From positions 570,900-634,899 of the forward strand of contig CAVXJN010000001.1 of the NCBI GenBank assembly GCA_963762165.1: DNA of 64,000 nucleotides. Reading direction: 5' to 3'. The DNA comes from an uncultured Gammaproteobacteria bacterium. Its GTDB lineage: Bacteria > Pseudomonadota > Gammaproteobacteria > JASBUN01. Below are positions 39,452-50,658 of this stretch, piece after piece (within the stretch, counting starts at the first letter, position 1; every line of letters begins with the position of its first letter). The notes under the pieces are model-generated. The model searched no databases. It had not been told where the DNA came from and saw only the letters and a list, made by a program, of their open reading frames with translations. Both the position numbers and the translations under genes were made by a program.

Positions 39452-40446
39452 TCAGGGCGAGACCGAGAATCGTGCGGTACGGCCCCGGGTGTGGGATGCC
39501 ACGTCTACCGGCTTGCCGTTGAGTTCCAACCGTACCGCCGGTGCATTCCCCAGCACCAGTCGGAACGGCGGTTTGCCCTGAACCGTACGTGTTTCGCCCG
39601 CATTCGCCAGCCGATACAACAGCCGCTGCCCCGCAGCATCGCGCACTTCGACCCAGGAGCGGTCCGTAAACGCCAGCGTCAGCGTGTCGCCCGCGACAGC
39701 TTCCGACGATTGCGGCGCAGCCGAGGGCGGCGCGACGGTACTGGGCGACGTCGGTTCGACAGGAGCGGGCGCTGCCGGTGGCGCAGCATCTTCGCCGGGC
39801 GGCCCGACATCGTCCGGCGGCGGCACCACCGGCTGTGCCTGAGGCGGCAGGTCGCCATCGTCCCCGGGCGTTTCAGCCGAACCGCTTCCCGGCTGCACGG
39901 GCTGTCCCGGCTGTCCTGCGGGCGGGATACCGCCTTGGCTTGGCTCACCGGCATTGTTGGAAGCTGCAGGCGGTGCTTGCGTTTGGCCGACATTTTGAGC
40001 GGAGCCTGGCCGGTTACCGACGATCGTCCGGGCGGCGAAGCGGTACGTTGCTGAAACCACCAACCGGCGGCGACGGCAATCACCAGCACCAGCAGCCAGA
40101 CAAGATAATTTCGGCGTCGCGCGCCGACCAGTTGTTGCTGCATGGGTCCGGCGCGCAGACCCTGATTCTGGGCACCACCGACGGAAGCGTTGTAGGCCTC
40201 CACCAGTTCCTGCGCCGGCAATCCGAGCAGCGCCGCGTAATTGCGAACATAGCCGCGAACAAAGATCGGTGCCGGCAACTTTTCCGCAGCGTCGTGTTCT
40301 AGCGCGTCAATGGTGTCGACGCTCAGGCGCAACTCCAACGCCACATCCGCCAGCTTGAGGCCGGCGGCTTCCCGTCCTGCGCGCAACCGCGCGCCAGGCG
40401 GCTCCATGCCGCTGTCGGCGCTTTCCATTTCAGCTTCACTGGCCAT
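39452..40446 (-). CDS. rodZ: Cytoskeleton protein RodZ (HTH plus DUF4115), in two frames (frameshift near 40000-40063)
   Basis: N-terminal XRE-HTH and TM in ORF 39679..40446; Pro-rich linker and C-terminal DUF4115 (...LTLAFTDRSWVEVRDAAGQRLL...) in ORF 39452..40063; joined length about 331 aa. Confidence 0.65.
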
Positions 40447-41194
40447 GCTTGTCCGAATTCAGCAACAATCGGGTCTGCTCGGAGTCTGGAAATTTCGCCC
40501 GCAACCGCAAGGCGTAACTCGAAGCCGCGTCGCGATCATTGAGCTTACGCTCAGTCCGAACCCCCAGCCAGAGACTCTCAGCGGTGGTTTGCCCCACTTC
40601 GGCGTAACGCTGTAAGTAGGCTCGTGCCTGCAGGTAGTGCGCGCCCTGATAGCTGATTTCACCCATTTTCAAAAGCGCTACCGGGAATTTCGGATTCCTT
40701 CGCAATGCGGCGCGAAAATGCTTTTCCGCCGACCCGGTATCCGAGTGTCGCAACGCACAAAGGCCGGCATTGGTGTGCGCATGTTCCGGTGTTTCGTACA
40801 GCGGATTCTTCAGCGCGTCCATGAACTGCTCTTCGGCCTTGTCGTACTGCTCCTGTTCACAGAGGAACACGCCGTAATTATTGTGGAACTGGGGGTCGCC
40901 GGGGTCCAACCGAATGGCTTCACGAAACTCGCGTTCGGCCTTGTCCTTTTCACCCAGTCGCCAGTTCAAAATGGCCAGCGTGCCGTGCGCCTCGGGGTAA
41001 TTCGGCGCGTCGTCGATGGCCCGCTGCAGCTTGACCATAGCCTGCTTGAAGTCGCCTTCGTGAATATAGGCCTTGCCCAGTTCCACATTCAAACGCGCCG
41101 GACTGTTGATACTTTCCTCTCGCGCATTGTCGGGCGTACAGGCTGCCAACGGCATCAGCAACAAAGTGCAGCACAAAGTGCGCACGATACTCAT
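40436..41194 (-). CDS. pilW: Type IV pilus biogenesis/stability TPR lipoprotein PilW (PilF)
   Basis: Lipobox LMPLAAC; TPR repeats; conserved rlmN-pilW-rodZ synteny. Confidence 0.75.
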   Translation of the reverse strand: MSIVRTLCCTLLLMPLAACTPDNAREESINSPARLNVELGKAYIHEGDFKQAMVKLQRAIDDAPNYPEAHGTLAILNWRLGEKDKAEREFREAIRLDPGDPQFHNNYGVFLCEQEQYDKAEEQFMDALKNPLYETPEHAHTNAGLCALRHSDTGSAEKHFRAALRRNPKFPVALLKMGEISYQGAHYLQARAYLQRYAEVGQTTAESLWLGVRTERKLNDRDAASSYALRLRAKFPDSEQTRLLLNSDKHGQ

Positions 41195-42315
41195 GCGCCT
41201 AGCTCCGGTCGGTCGAGTTCGACCTTGATGCGATGTTTGGCCTGCCGGCTGGTGCGATCCTGTACTTCGCCGACCAACTGACCGCAGGCGGCCGCAATAT
41301 CGTCTCCGCGTGTCTTACGCGTCACTGTCATAATGCCCGCCTCCATCAGTACGTCGCGGAACTTGTTGATGGCACGGTCGCTTGAACGCTGCCAGGGCGC
41401 GCCCGGAAAAGGGTTGAAGGGAATCAGATTGATTTTCGAGGGAACGTCCGCCAGTACGCGAGCCAACTGTTTCGCGTGCTCAACGCCATCGTTGACGCCG
41501 TCGAGCATGACGTATTCGAATGTGATGCGCCGATGGGCTTGACCGTCCACATAGCGTTTGCAGGCCGCCAACAGTTCCGCGATTGGATACTTCTTGTTCA
41601 GCGGCACCAGGCGATTTCGCAATTCGTCATTCGGCGCGTGCAGAGATACGGCCAAGCTCACGCCGCTCACCTCCCGCAATCGGTCGATCTGCGGCACGAC
41701 GCCGGCCGTGCTCAGCGTGACACGTCTGCGGGAAATACCAAACCCCAGATCTTCCATCATGACGTCCATGGCGGGGACGACGTTGTCGAAATTCATCAAC
41801 GGCTCGCCCATACCCATCATCACCACATTGGTGATGACGCGTTCGCCCCGATTTTTCGGGATGCCCAAGGCGCAGGCGGCGAACAGCACCTGGCCGACGA
41901 TTTCCGCGGCGCTGAGGTTACGATTGAATCCTTGGGTCGCGGTCGAACAGAAGGTGCAGTTCAGGGTACAACCGACTTGGCTCGAAACACACAGGGTGCC
42001 GCGATCCGACTCCGGGATGAATACCGTCTCGATGGCATTGTGATCGCCCATGCGCAACACCCATTTGCGGGTACCGTCCGAGGAAGGCTGATCCAGCACC
42101 AACTCCGGCATCCGCACCTCGGCGACGTCACCGAGCTTAGCGCGCAGCGCCTTGCTCAAATTGGTCATGTCGTCGAAATTGGTCACACCCTCATGGTAGA
42201 TCCAACGCATGACCTGTTGCGCCCGAAACGCTTTTTCGCCGCGCTCGGCGAAAAAGCGTTCCATCTGGCTTCGGGTCAAGCCAAGTAAATTGATCTTGTC
42301 CGGGTGTATCCGCAA
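41191..42315 (-). CDS. rlmN: 23S rRNA/tRNA (adenine-C2)-methyltransferase RlmN (radical SAM)
   Basis: Radical-SAM CxxxCxxC ([11 protein letters not shown]); 374 aa; ndk-rlmN synteny. Confidence 0.9.
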   Translation of the reverse strand: MRIHPDKINLLGLTRSQMERFFAERGEKAFRAQQVMRWIYHEGVTNFDDMTNLSKALRAKLGDVAEVRMPELVLDQPSSDGTRKWVLRMGDHNAIETVFIPESDRGTLCVSSQVGCTLNCTFCSTATQGFNRNLSAAEIVGQVLFAACALGIPKNRGERVITNVVMMGMGEPLMNFDNVVPAMDVMMEDLGFGISRRRVTLSTAGVVPQIDRLREVSGVSLAVSLHAPNDELRNRLVPLNKKYPIAELLAACKRYVDGQAHRRITFEYVMLDGVNDGVEHAKQLARVLADVPSKINLIPFNPFPGAPWQRSSDRAINKFRDVLMEAGIMTVTRKTRGDDIAAACGQLVGEVQDRTSRQAKHRIKVELDRPELGA

Positions 42316-42321
42316 TTTCAG

Positions 42322-42753
42322 TTACCGGGTGCGCGCGCAAATCTCGTCGTCTTGAAAGAAAAACGCGATCTCCTGCTTGGCAGTCTCCGGCGCGTCCGAT
42401 CCGTGCACCGCATTTTCGTCAACGGTTTCGGCAAAATCAGCTCGAATGGTGCCGGGTTCGGCATCCTTCGGGTTGGTAGCGCCCATGATTTCACGGTTGC
42501 GTGCAATGGCGTTGTCGCCTTCGAGGACCTGTACCATCACCGGACCGGAAGTCATGAATGCAACCAGGTCCTTATAGAACGGACGCTCTTTGTGAACGGC
42601 GTAGAACTGCTGCGCCCGCGCTTCGCTCAAATGGACCATCTTCGCGGCGACAATGCGCAAGCCGCCCTTCTCGAAGCGGCTGTAGATTTCGCCGATGACA
42701 TTTTTCGCCACGCCGTCCGGCTTGATGATGGATAAGGTTCGTTCAATAGCCAT
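42322..42753 (-). CDS. ndk: Nucleoside diphosphate kinase
   Basis: [15 protein letters not shown]...; 143 aa; NDK active-site region ...NAVHGSD. Confidence 0.95.
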   Translation of the reverse strand: MAIERTLSIIKPDGVAKNVIGEIYSRFEKGGLRIVAAKMVHLSEARAQQFYAVHKERPFYKDLVAFMTSGPVMVQVLEGDNAIARNREIMGATNPKDAEPGTIRADFAETVDENAVHGSDAPETAKQEIAFFFQDDEICARTR

Positions 42754-42899
42754 CCGATACTCCCAGTTGCACGCCTGTCAGAATTGGAACCCGTCGCAAA
42801 ACGGTGGATCGCAGACCACTACGAGGCTTGGTGGTCGCGCACTTTCCATAGCATAAACCCGCGTGATGCCGCGGGTTTGCCGTAGTTTACCGCCAGCCA

Positions 42900-43740
42900 C
42901 GGACGCAGGCAATCAGCCCCGCTCCGGGAACCCCGTCAATACCGCCCTTCGATCAGGCAATCTCGATCGCTTCCAGGACGCCGCAACGTTCGGGCGGCGT
43001 CGAAATGCCTCGCCCACGCCCACCATTTGATGAGCACCACCGGACCGCATGCCGAGCTGACGGCCGCCGCCGCGCATCTGGGCTTCACAGGGCACGCGTT
43101 CGCGCGTACGAGGCACCCACCCGTTCAGGGGTTGTAAGTTTCATGGGCGGCTAAAACATCAGTTCGACTTTGCTGCGCGAAAGATCGACCGCCAGCTTAG
43201 CTGGCGCTCTGGGTCGCATCGCGGTCGAAAATCACACTGCGCTGGCGACAAATCTCGTCCAGGGCGTGCGATGTCCTGAATAACGCCGATATCGTTGTTT
43301 GTCGTGCATGATAGAGGCGACTGACGGGTCGTCCCGCGGCGCTGCCTCGAATTGGCAGCGGGATCCTGCAGCCCGTTTGGCGTGCTCTCACAGCTGACGT
43401 CGTAAGCTTCGCAGCGCAACTGCCGGCAGGTATCAAGCCTTGCCTTGTGCTCGGTTTTGCAGCTGTGCTCGGTTTTGCAGCGGCCCCGGTACTGGCCTTT
43501 ACTTCTGATAGAAATGGAACGCCCTTGTCGCATTCCGCCCCCCGGACGTCCGGAGGATTTCCTTCGGGTGTCCGCGTTGATCAGCGGCGGCAGCTTCGTC
43601 GCGAGCCTGTGGCGCCGTCGTCTCCGCCTGCCAACCATTGGTATGCGACCGCGCTGCGTACTCGACGAAACCATCTTGTATGGTCAGGTGCGCGCACCGT
43701 TGTTCCGCGAATCGCGCGGCCACAGGGGTGCGTGTCAAAT
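42900..43740 (-). pseudogene. iscS: Cysteine desulfurase IscS remnant: multiple frameshifts, internal loss and 3' truncation
   Basis: Scattered over three minus-strand frames: ...ARSHTNGWQAE (IscS ASRSHRFGWQAE), KTEHKARLDTCRQL, NNDIGVIQDIA, DATQS, RVPCEAQMRGGGRQLGMRSG (IscS [20 protein letters not shown]); covers only about residues 1-290 and then abuts ndk. Confidence 0.7.
43446..43481. repeat. Perfect 18-bp tandem duplication (TGTGCTCGGTTTTGCAGC x2) inside the iscS remnant
   Basis: Direct visual identification; duplicates the KTEH-coding segment of iscS. Confidence 0.85.
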
Positions 43741-43803
43741 ATTCCAGACGAATCGGCGGTTTTCGGTCGCTTACGATGACTTCCGCGTTACTCGGATGCG
43801 CTC

Positions 43804-44301
43804 TCAGACCCGTGCGCCGCCGGCACTGGCCGTTCGCTCCAATTTCACGGGATGACTACCGGTGCTCTTCAAGTCCTGGCGGTCGGCCACTTCCCGAACG
43901 CCCTTGCGGTCCATCAGTTGCCGGAGGCTGATCGAACTCAAAAAAGTATAGATCTGATCGCTCAAATCGACCCAGAGTTCATGGGTGAGGCAACGTTCAT
44001 CGTCCTGGCAATTGCTCATTCCGCCACAACGAGTCGTGTCGACCTTTTCGTCGACAGCGGTGATGACATCGGCCACGGCGATCTCGCTGGCCGGACGGCT
44101 GAGCGCGTACCCACCACCCGGGCCGCGGGTGCTCTTGACCAGTCCGGTACGCCGCAGCTTGGTGAACAATTGCTCCAGATACGACAGCGAAATACCTTGG
44201 CGCTCGGAGATGTCGGCAAGGGAGATAGGGCCGTTTTCGTAGTGGATTGCCAAGTCCAACATGGCGGTCACCGCATATCTGCCTTTGGTCGTCAGTCTCA
44301 T
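43804..44301 (-). CDS. iscR: Fe-S cluster assembly transcriptional regulator IscR (Rrf2 family)
   Basis: [18 protein letters not shown]...[10 protein letters not shown]...[12 protein letters not shown], near-identical in pattern to E. coli IscR including the cluster-ligand cysteines. Confidence 0.9.
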   Translation of the reverse strand: MRLTTKGRYAVTAMLDLAIHYENGPISLADISERQGISLSYLEQLFTKLRRTGLVKSTRGPGGGYALSRPASEIAVADVITAVDEKVDTTRCGGMSNCQDDERCLTHELWVDLSDQIYTFLSSISLRQLMDRKGVREVADRQDLKSTGSHPVKLERTASAGGARV

Positions 44302-44386
44302 TGATCTGTCCCGCGTTTCATAATAGGATAAACAAGCTTATGCATTTCTGACTAAATTGGTCAAGTATTATACCCCCCGCTCCCCA

Positions 44387-45223
44387 TTAGTCAACTTCGC
44401 GGTCATCGGGCTTGGCCGGCGGACCCTCCGGCACGTCATCCAAGCGAGCGTCCTGGGCCATTCGTTCGGTCGCGCTGCTGATTTCACACGGCTCCAGCTC
44501 CGGCAGCTGCAGATCCCCCACTTCCGCCCCCACGCTCTTGATCGCACTGCACATGTCTTCCAAACGCTTGTCCATTGTGTGGATATGATCGAGCATGCAG
44601 TTGATGGCATGGGCAACCGGGTCTGGAGTGGACTTGCTCATCCCGTAGGCGTCGAATCCCATTTTCTTGGCAATCGCTTCGCGGGTACGGTCCCGTTCGG
44701 TCTTTTCCGTCGTTGGCGTCACGATCCGCCCCGGAACGCCGACCACCGTCGCCCCGGGCGGCACGTCCCGTAACACGACTGCATTGGAACCGATGCGCGC
44801 GCCATCGCCCATGCGGATAGGCCCGAGAATCTTCGCCCCGGCGCCGATCACGACGTTGTTGCCCAATGTCGGATGGCGTTTGCCTTTCTGCCAACTGGTA
44901 CCACCCAGTGTGACGCCGTGGTAAAGCGTGCAATCGTTGCCGATTTCCGTGGTTTCTCCGATCACCACACCCATACCGTGATCGATGAAAAAACGCCGTC
45001 CGATCTGCGCTGCCGGGTGAATTTCGATTCCGGTCAACCACCGCGCGATACTCGACAGCCAACGCGCCAACCATTTCAGGCCGAGCTGCCACAAACCGTG
45101 GTTCATGCGATGCCACAGCACTGCGTGCACACCGGGATAAGTGGTCAAGACCTCCAAGCGATTGCGTGCCGCCGGATCGCGCTCGAATACGCAGTTAATA
45201 TCTTCCCGCAGACGTTCGAACAT
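44387..45223 (-). CDS. cysE: Serine O-acetyltransferase
   Basis: Left-handed beta-helix hexapeptide repeats; [29 protein letters not shown]; start at MFERLREDI. Confidence 0.85.
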   Translation of the reverse strand: MFERLREDINCVFERDPAARNRLEVLTTYPGVHAVLWHRMNHGLWQLGLKWLARWLSSIARWLTGIEIHPAAQIGRRFFIDHGMGVVIGETTEIGNDCTLYHGVTLGGTSWQKGKRHPTLGNNVVIGAGAKILGPIRMGDGARIGSNAVVLRDVPPGATVVGVPGRIVTPTTEKTERDRTREAIAKKMGFDAYGMSKSTPDPVAHAINCMLDHIHTMDKRLEDMCSAIKSVGAEVGDLQLPELEPCEISSATERMAQDARLDDVPEGPPAKPDDREVD

Positions 45224-45310
45224 GATTCTCTTTCGCCGTAGTGTGGCAGACGGACTCCAGTCCATCTTCAGAGTGATCTAAGCCACCATTATAGGGGCAG
45301 ACCTCCAACA

Positions 45311-46078
45311 TCATACTGCATCGTCGGGCCGAGGCGGGCTGCCGCCGGACTGGCGCTGCACGGCGCTCAACACACCGCGGAGGATGTTGATTTCGCGCAA
45401 ATCCGGATGGGCGCGATTGAACAAGCGCTTGAGTCGACGCATGAGGTGTTTGGGTTGCGCCGGATCGAGAAAATCGACCGCCACCAGCACCCGTTCCAGG
45501 TGCTCATAGAATCGCAACAGGTCCTCGGTGCCCGCCGGCCGGTCCAACGGATCGACGGTCTCGGCGATCTCCGTGGCGTTCAATGGCTGCTGGCCTGCAG
45601 CCATCATGAGTTCGTAGCTCAGGACTTGCACCGCCGCCGCGACATTGAGGGAGCTGAATTCAGGATTGCAGGGAATGTGTACCAGGTAGTGACAGCGCTC
45701 CAGTTCCTCATTGCTCAAGCCGCTGCGTTCGCGCCCAAACACCAGCGCGACGGCGCCGCGGGATGCCTCGCGTGCGACCAATTCTGCGCATTCACGCGGG
45801 TCCAACTGGGGCCAGCGCAGTTTGCGCAACCGGGCGCTTGCACCGATGACCAGATGACAATCGGAGACCGCTGCCTCGAGAGAGTCGTGGACACCCGCCC
45901 GGGCGAGCACGTCATCGGCGCCTGAGGCGCGCGCAGTTGCGTCTGCATGGGGAAACTGCGCGGGACGCACCAGGGATAAGCGCGACAAGCCCATGTTCTT
46001 GAGCGCGCGCGCGGCGGCGCCGATATTACCCGGATGGGTCGTTTCCACCAGCACCGTTCGGATGTTGTCCCTTTGCAT
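45311..46078 (-). CDS. trmJ: tRNA (cytidine/uridine-2'-O)-methyltransferase TrmJ (SpoU family)
   Basis: IRTVLVETTHPGNIGAAARALKNMGL...ALVFGRERSGLSNEEL...PEFSSLNVAAAVQV, colinear with E. coli TrmJ. Confidence 0.85.
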   Translation of the reverse strand: MQRDNIRTVLVETTHPGNIGAAARALKNMGLSRLSLVRPAQFPHADATARASGADDVLARAGVHDSLEAAVSDCHLVIGASARLRKLRWPQLDPRECAELVAREASRGAVALVFGRERSGLSNEELERCHYLVHIPCNPEFSSLNVAAAVQVLSYELMMAAGQQPLNATEIAETVDPLDRPAGTEDLLRFYEHLERVLVAVDFLDPAQPKHLMRRLKRLFNRAHPDLREINILRGVLSAVQRQSGGSPPRPDDAV

Positions 46079-46189
46079 CGCGGCACCATACCGACTTCAC
46101 GCCCGGCGAGGCAAGCGGTCCCGGTTATCCGACGGTCGGATCTCTGGTATCCTTGCCTGCTCGCCGACACGCTACACCGGAACCACCTC

Positions 46190-46990
46190 ATGCACCCCAT
46201 GCTCAACATTGCTGTGCGCGCCGCCCGCAGCGCCGGCAACGTCATTACGCGCTACGTTAGCCGGCTGGATACCCTTTCCATTACCAGCAAGCAACGCAAC
46301 GATTTCGTCAGCGAAGTCGATCATCTGGCCGAACAGGAAATCATCGCGGTATTGCACAAAGCCTTCCCCAGCCATGGAATTCTCGCTGAAGAGAGCGGCG
46401 AGCAAGGCCGCGACGATGAATATCAATGGGTGATCGACCCCCTCGACGGCACCACCAATTTCCTGCACGGTTTTCCGCAGTTCGCAGTATCCATCGCGCT
46501 CAAACACCGGGGCCGTCTGGATCAGGGCGTAATCTACGACCCGATCCGCCAAGAACTGTTCACCGCCAGCAAGGGTGCCGGCGCGCAACTCAACAACAAG
46601 CGCATCCGCGTCACCGGCCGCAAGACGCTCGAGGGCGCGCTGCTGGGGACGGGATTCCCGTTTCGCCAGCAACAGCACCTGGACGCCTATCTGGAAATGT
46701 TCCGGGCGTTGTTCACAGATACCGCCGGCATCCGGCGTGCAGGTGCGGCATCTCTCGACCTCGCGTATGTAGCCGCCGGGCGCCTTGATGGCTTCTGGGA
46801 AATCGGCCTTTCAGAATGGGATATGGCGGCCGGGGCTTTGATGATTCGCGAAGCGGGCGGCCTGATCACCGACTTCGGGGGCGGCGAAGATTATCTCGAA
46901 ACCGGAAATGTCGTTGCCGCCACGCCAAAACTGCATCATATTTTGCTGCAGTCGATCGCGCCTCATCGGGGAAAAGCGTTGGCACAGTGA
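46190..46990 (+). CDS. suhB: Inositol monophosphatase/Nus factor SuhB
   Basis: Starts MHPMLNIAVRAARSAG as E. coli SuhB does; IMPase motifs WVIDPLDGTTNF and DLAYVAAGRLDGFWE. Confidence 0.9.
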   Translation: MHPMLNIAVRAARSAGNVITRYVSRLDTLSITSKQRNDFVSEVDHLAEQEIIAVLHKAFPSHGILAEESGEQGRDDEYQWVIDPLDGTTNFLHGFPQFAVSIALKHRGRLDQGVIYDPIRQELFTASKGAGAQLNNKRIRVTGRKTLEGALLGTGFPFRQQQHLDAYLEMFRALFTDTAGIRRAGAASLDLAYVAAGRLDGFWEIGLSEWDMAAGALMIREAGGLITDFGGGEDYLETGNVVAATPKLHHILLQSIAPHRGKALAQ

Positions 46991-47460
46991 GTGATCGGCT
47001 GTAGTTTTCCTCAAGTTTTAGCTCGTAATTCCGAAACAGTTGCTAAGCGCGCCGGCTGTGCGCGCACGGCCCAGCAGCTTGGAAGCAACCATGTCGGATT
47101 CACGCACTCCCCGGGTACTCGGTCCAAAAGCTTTGGAAATGATCATGCGAGACGTGCTCGGCGGCATGGAAGAACTGGCGCTGATGAAAGGCTATCAGCC
47201 GGGCGCCGATGTGGTCGAAATCATCGCCATCGAACCCGCGAACAAAGCCAGCCATCCGCCCGCCGACGGCGAGTCGCGCGTCGTCTCCTTCGCATCCTGC
47301 CGGCGGCGCAAGGCCGGCTGACAAGCCTCGCGTTCACATTCCGCACCGCGGCCCCAGGGACGCTTCACTGTTTCACCCCGCTATCGCCTGTGGTATACAA
47401 GAGCCAACCAGAGTTGTTCTATTCTGGATTGGTCGCAAGACGAGTTGCGGAGAGACTTTC

Positions 47461-47794
47461 GATGACGCGTTCCGCCCTTTGCTTTATCGTGCCACCTTAC
47501 GCAGTATGCCGCTACGGCTGCGCCAGTTGCTGCGCAGCACCGATTGCCGTTTTCTGGATCGCCGGGATCACGGGACTGGTCTATGGCCTGTTTTTTGGCG
47601 GCCCGTTGCACCTCGACACAGTGAGCTGGAATACGGTGGGATTGGGCGCGCTGCTATGGGCCATCGCCAGCGTCTGGTCCCTGGTCACGGTACATACTGT
47701 CGACGACGATCGCTGTCAGCGCCGCAACGCACCGATCTGCAACAAGGTCAAACCCCGCACCGACGAGCAGGATCCCCTTCGAGGAATTGCGTAA
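47461..47794 (+). CDS. Hypothetical small Cys-rich membrane protein (very tentative)
   Basis: In-frame Met within ORF 46991..47794; two predicted TM helices (IAVFWIAGITGLVYGLFF, VGLGALLWAIASVWSLV); occupies the slot between suhB and secF; no family recognised. Confidence 0.25.
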
Positions 47795-47816
47795 AGCGCG
47801 TTAGCGGGCAAAGTGA

Positions 47817-48755
47817 TTAAGGACGACCGTCGACCTCGGCGCCTTCTTTTTTGACCTGCGCAAGATCGGCTTTGCTCAATCCGAGCGCCAACGCCAGCGC
47901 GCTGGCAACGTAGATCGAAGAATAGGTTCCGAACACGATTCCGACGATCAACGCCAAGGAAAATCCGTGGATGGCTTCTCCGCCTAGAAAATAAAGCGCA
48001 AACAACACCAGCAAGGTCGTACCTGAAGTCATCAACGTGCGCGACAGGGTTTGATTGATCGACGCGTTGATGATCGAAACCGGCGTACCCTTGCGCATTC
48101 TGCGGAAATTTTCCCGAATTCGATCGAACACCACGATGGTGTCGTTCAGCGAATAACCGATTACCGCCAAGACCGCCGCCATCACCGACAGGTCGAACGG
48201 AATCCAGAGCACAGAGAATACACCCAGGGTCATGATGGTATCGTGGGCCAGCGCGATCACCGAGCCCAGTGAAAGCCGCCACTCGAATCGCAGGGTGACG
48301 TAAATCAGAATACCGAACAGGGTCGTGAGCATTGCCAAGCCGCCCTGCTCGGTCAATTCCTGTCCGACTTGCGGACCGACGAATTCCACGCGACGCAAAG
48401 TAATTTCCGACTTGCTGCCGCTGCGCAGGCGGTCCATCACCCGGTTGCTCAGCTCGCTCTGCGTGACCCCCTCCTTGGGAGCAATGCGAATCAGCACATC
48501 TGTGGAAGTGCCGAAATACTGCACCACCGCGTCGCCGAAATCATCACCGCGCAGCGCTGTGCGCACGTCGTCGAGTTGGACGTCGCCGCTGTAGTTGACT
48601 TCGATCAGCGTGCCGCCGGTAAAGTCGATACCGAAGTTCAAACCGCGAACCGCGAGGGATACGATCGAACCAAGCACGAGTATCAGAGAAAGGATCATGG
48701 CGGCTTTGCGCACGCCCAGGAAATCGAACTCTGTTTGCTTCTTGAAAAATCGCAT
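47817..48755 (-). CDS. secF: Protein translocase subunit SecF
   Basis: 312 aa, six-TM SecF topology, directly downstream of secD. Confidence 0.9.
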   Translation of the reverse strand: MRFFKKQTEFDFLGVRKAAMILSLILVLGSIVSLAVRGLNFGIDFTGGTLIEVNYSGDVQLDDVRTALRGDDFGDAVVQYFGTSTDVLIRIAPKEGVTQSELSNRVMDRLRSGSKSEITLRRVEFVGPQVGQELTEQGGLAMLTTLFGILIYVTLRFEWRLSLGSVIALAHDTIMTLGVFSVLWIPFDLSVMAAVLAVIGYSLNDTIVVFDRIRENFRRMRKGTPVSIINASINQTLSRTLMTSGTTLLVLFALYFLGGEAIHGFSLALIVGIVFGTYSSIYVASALALALGLSKADLAQVKKEGAEVDGRP

Positions 48756-48773
48756 TTTGAAGCGTCCCGATAC

Positions 48774-50639
48774 TCAGATTGACAGCTTCTGCAGGCGCTT
48801 GCCGCCGTACAAAAGATTGATTACCGCGCGGGTGCCCATGATGGCGCTGAACATCGAAGTCAGAATACCGAGCGACAAGGTTACCGCGAAGCCTTTGATC
48901 GGGCCGGTGCCGATGCCGTACAGCACAACGGCAGCGATCAGCGTCGTGACATTGGCGTCGGCGATGGTCGAAAATGCCTTTTCATAACCGGCGTGAATAC
49001 TGGCCTGCGGCGTATTGCCGTTGCGCAATTCCTCGCGGATGCGCTCGAAGATCAGAACGTTGGCGTCCACGGCCATGCCCACAGTCAGGACTATGCCGGC
49101 AATGCCGGGCAGCGTCAGCGTCGCCTGCAAGAGCGACAACACCGCGACCAGGAGCACCATGTTGAAGCCCAGCGCCAAATCGGCCACCAGACCGAAAACG
49201 CGGTAATAGAAGGCCATGAACAACAACACCAAAGCAAAACCGACGACGACGGACTCAAAGCCCTGCTCGACATTGTCGCGCCCGAGGCTGGGCCCGATGG
49301 TGCGTTCTTCAACAATCTCAATTGGTGCAGCCAAAGCACCGGCACGCAGCAGCAAGGCCAGATTGTGTGCCTCATCGGGACTTTCCAGACCTTCGATCTG
49401 GAACCGTTGTCCGAGGCGATCGCGAATCACAGGCGCACTGATCACGTTGCGTTCGACCTTCTTCTCGCGCACCCGCTTGCCGTCTTTGAGCTTGGTTTCC
49501 ACCTTGGTCTCGATGTAGACCACGGCGAGCCGTTCGCCGATATGGTCCTTGGTGAAATCGCTGAACCGACGTCCGCCCTGGTTGTCGAGATTGATGGTGA
49601 CCACAGGCCCGCTGCGCTGATCGAAGGTCGAAGCCGCGTGGGTAATCGAATCGCCGGTCAGTATCACGCGACGACTGAGCAGGATCGGCGTGCCGTCACG
49701 CTCATGGAACAACTCCGTGCCCGGCGGTACATGGCCGCTGGCAGCGATACTGCCGACATTCTGGTTGCGTTCGTCCACCAGCCGAAATTCCAAGGTGGCG
49801 GTCGCACCGAGAATGTCTTTCGCCTGCGCAGGATCCTGCACACCCGGCAGTTCGACCACGATGCGCTTGTCACCCTGACGCTGGATCAGCGGCTCGGCGA
49901 CGCCAAGTTCGTTGACGCGATTGCGCAGCGTGGTGATGTTTTGTTCGAGCGCGAACTCCTGGGTCTCGCGCTTGTGCTTCTCGGTCAAGGTCGCAAACAA
50001 ATATGGATTGCCGTTCTGCTCCTTGTCGACGAGTATCAAACCGACGAATTGCCGTTGCAGCAGATCGCGCGCTTTCTGCCGTTCATCGCTATCGCGAAAG
50101 CGGATTTCCAGGGTCTCGCCGTCGCGGCGAACACCGAGATGGCGGATGGTTTTATCCCGCAACTGTGATTTGATCTCTCCCGCGTAGCGCTCCAGCTCTT
50201 TGTCCAGGGCCGCCTGCATGTCCACTTCCATCTGAAAGTGGATGCCGCCCTGCAGATCGAGGCCCAGGTACATCGGTTTGGCGTTGAGTAGTCGCAACCA
50301 TGCCGGGGTCGCCGGCGCCAGGTCCTGGGCGACGGTGAAATGGCCCTGCAATTGCGGCGAATCGGACAACAGCCGGGTCGCGCGCAGCTGCGAGTCGGTA
50401 TCGGCGAAACGCAGTTCCAGTTTGCCGTTTTCGAAACGCATGGAGCGGACATTGACGTTGGCGTCCTGAAGCAATTTGGCGACCGTGTCGCGCGCAGTCG
50501 CATCCAACTTTTCGTTGTGCACGGGACTTACGACGATCGCTGGATCCTTACCGAACAGATTGGGAAGCGCATACAGCACGCCTACCAACATGACGACCAA
50601 AATCAGGACGTACTTCCAAAGCGGATAGCGGTTGATCAT
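48774..50639 (-). CDS. secD: Protein translocase subunit SecD
   Basis: 621 aa, large periplasmic P1 domain, C-terminal TM bundle; yajC-secD-secF order. Confidence 0.9.
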   Translation of the reverse strand: MINRYPLWKYVLILVVMLVGVLYALPNLFGKDPAIVVSPVHNEKLDATARDTVAKLLQDANVNVRSMRFENGKLELRFADTDSQLRATRLLSDSPQLQGHFTVAQDLAPATPAWLRLLNAKPMYLGLDLQGGIHFQMEVDMQAALDKELERYAGEIKSQLRDKTIRHLGVRRDGETLEIRFRDSDERQKARDLLQRQFVGLILVDKEQNGNPYLFATLTEKHKRETQEFALEQNITTLRNRVNELGVAEPLIQRQGDKRIVVELPGVQDPAQAKDILGATATLEFRLVDERNQNVGSIAASGHVPPGTELFHERDGTPILLSRRVILTGDSITHAASTFDQRSGPVVTINLDNQGGRRFSDFTKDHIGERLAVVYIETKVETKLKDGKRVREKKVERNVISAPVIRDRLGQRFQIEGLESPDEAHNLALLLRAGALAAPIEIVEERTIGPSLGRDNVEQGFESVVVGFALVLLFMAFYYRVFGLVADLALGFNMVLLVAVLSLLQATLTLPGIAGIVLTVGMAVDANVLIFERIREELRNGNTPQASIHAGYEKAFSTIADANVTTLIAAVVLYGIGTGPIKGFAVTLSLGILTSMFSAIMGTRAVINLLYGGKRLQKLSI

Positions 50640-50658
50640 GCGGGAATTCTGCTCGGTG

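Noticed and set aside
43159-43674. 171-aa minus-strand ORF between ndk and iscR
   Set aside because: Not an intact gene. It contains IscS-derived peptides (KTEHKARLDTCRQL, NNDIGVIQDIA) embedded in frame-shifted nonsense, so it is interpreted as part of the iscS pseudogene.
47040-47321. 93-aa ORF (MLSAPAVRARPSS...) and 47209..47820 between suhB and secF
   Set aside because: Overlapping alternative frames with no RBS or family resemblance. Only the in-frame 47461..47794 membrane-like ORF was retained, at low confidence.
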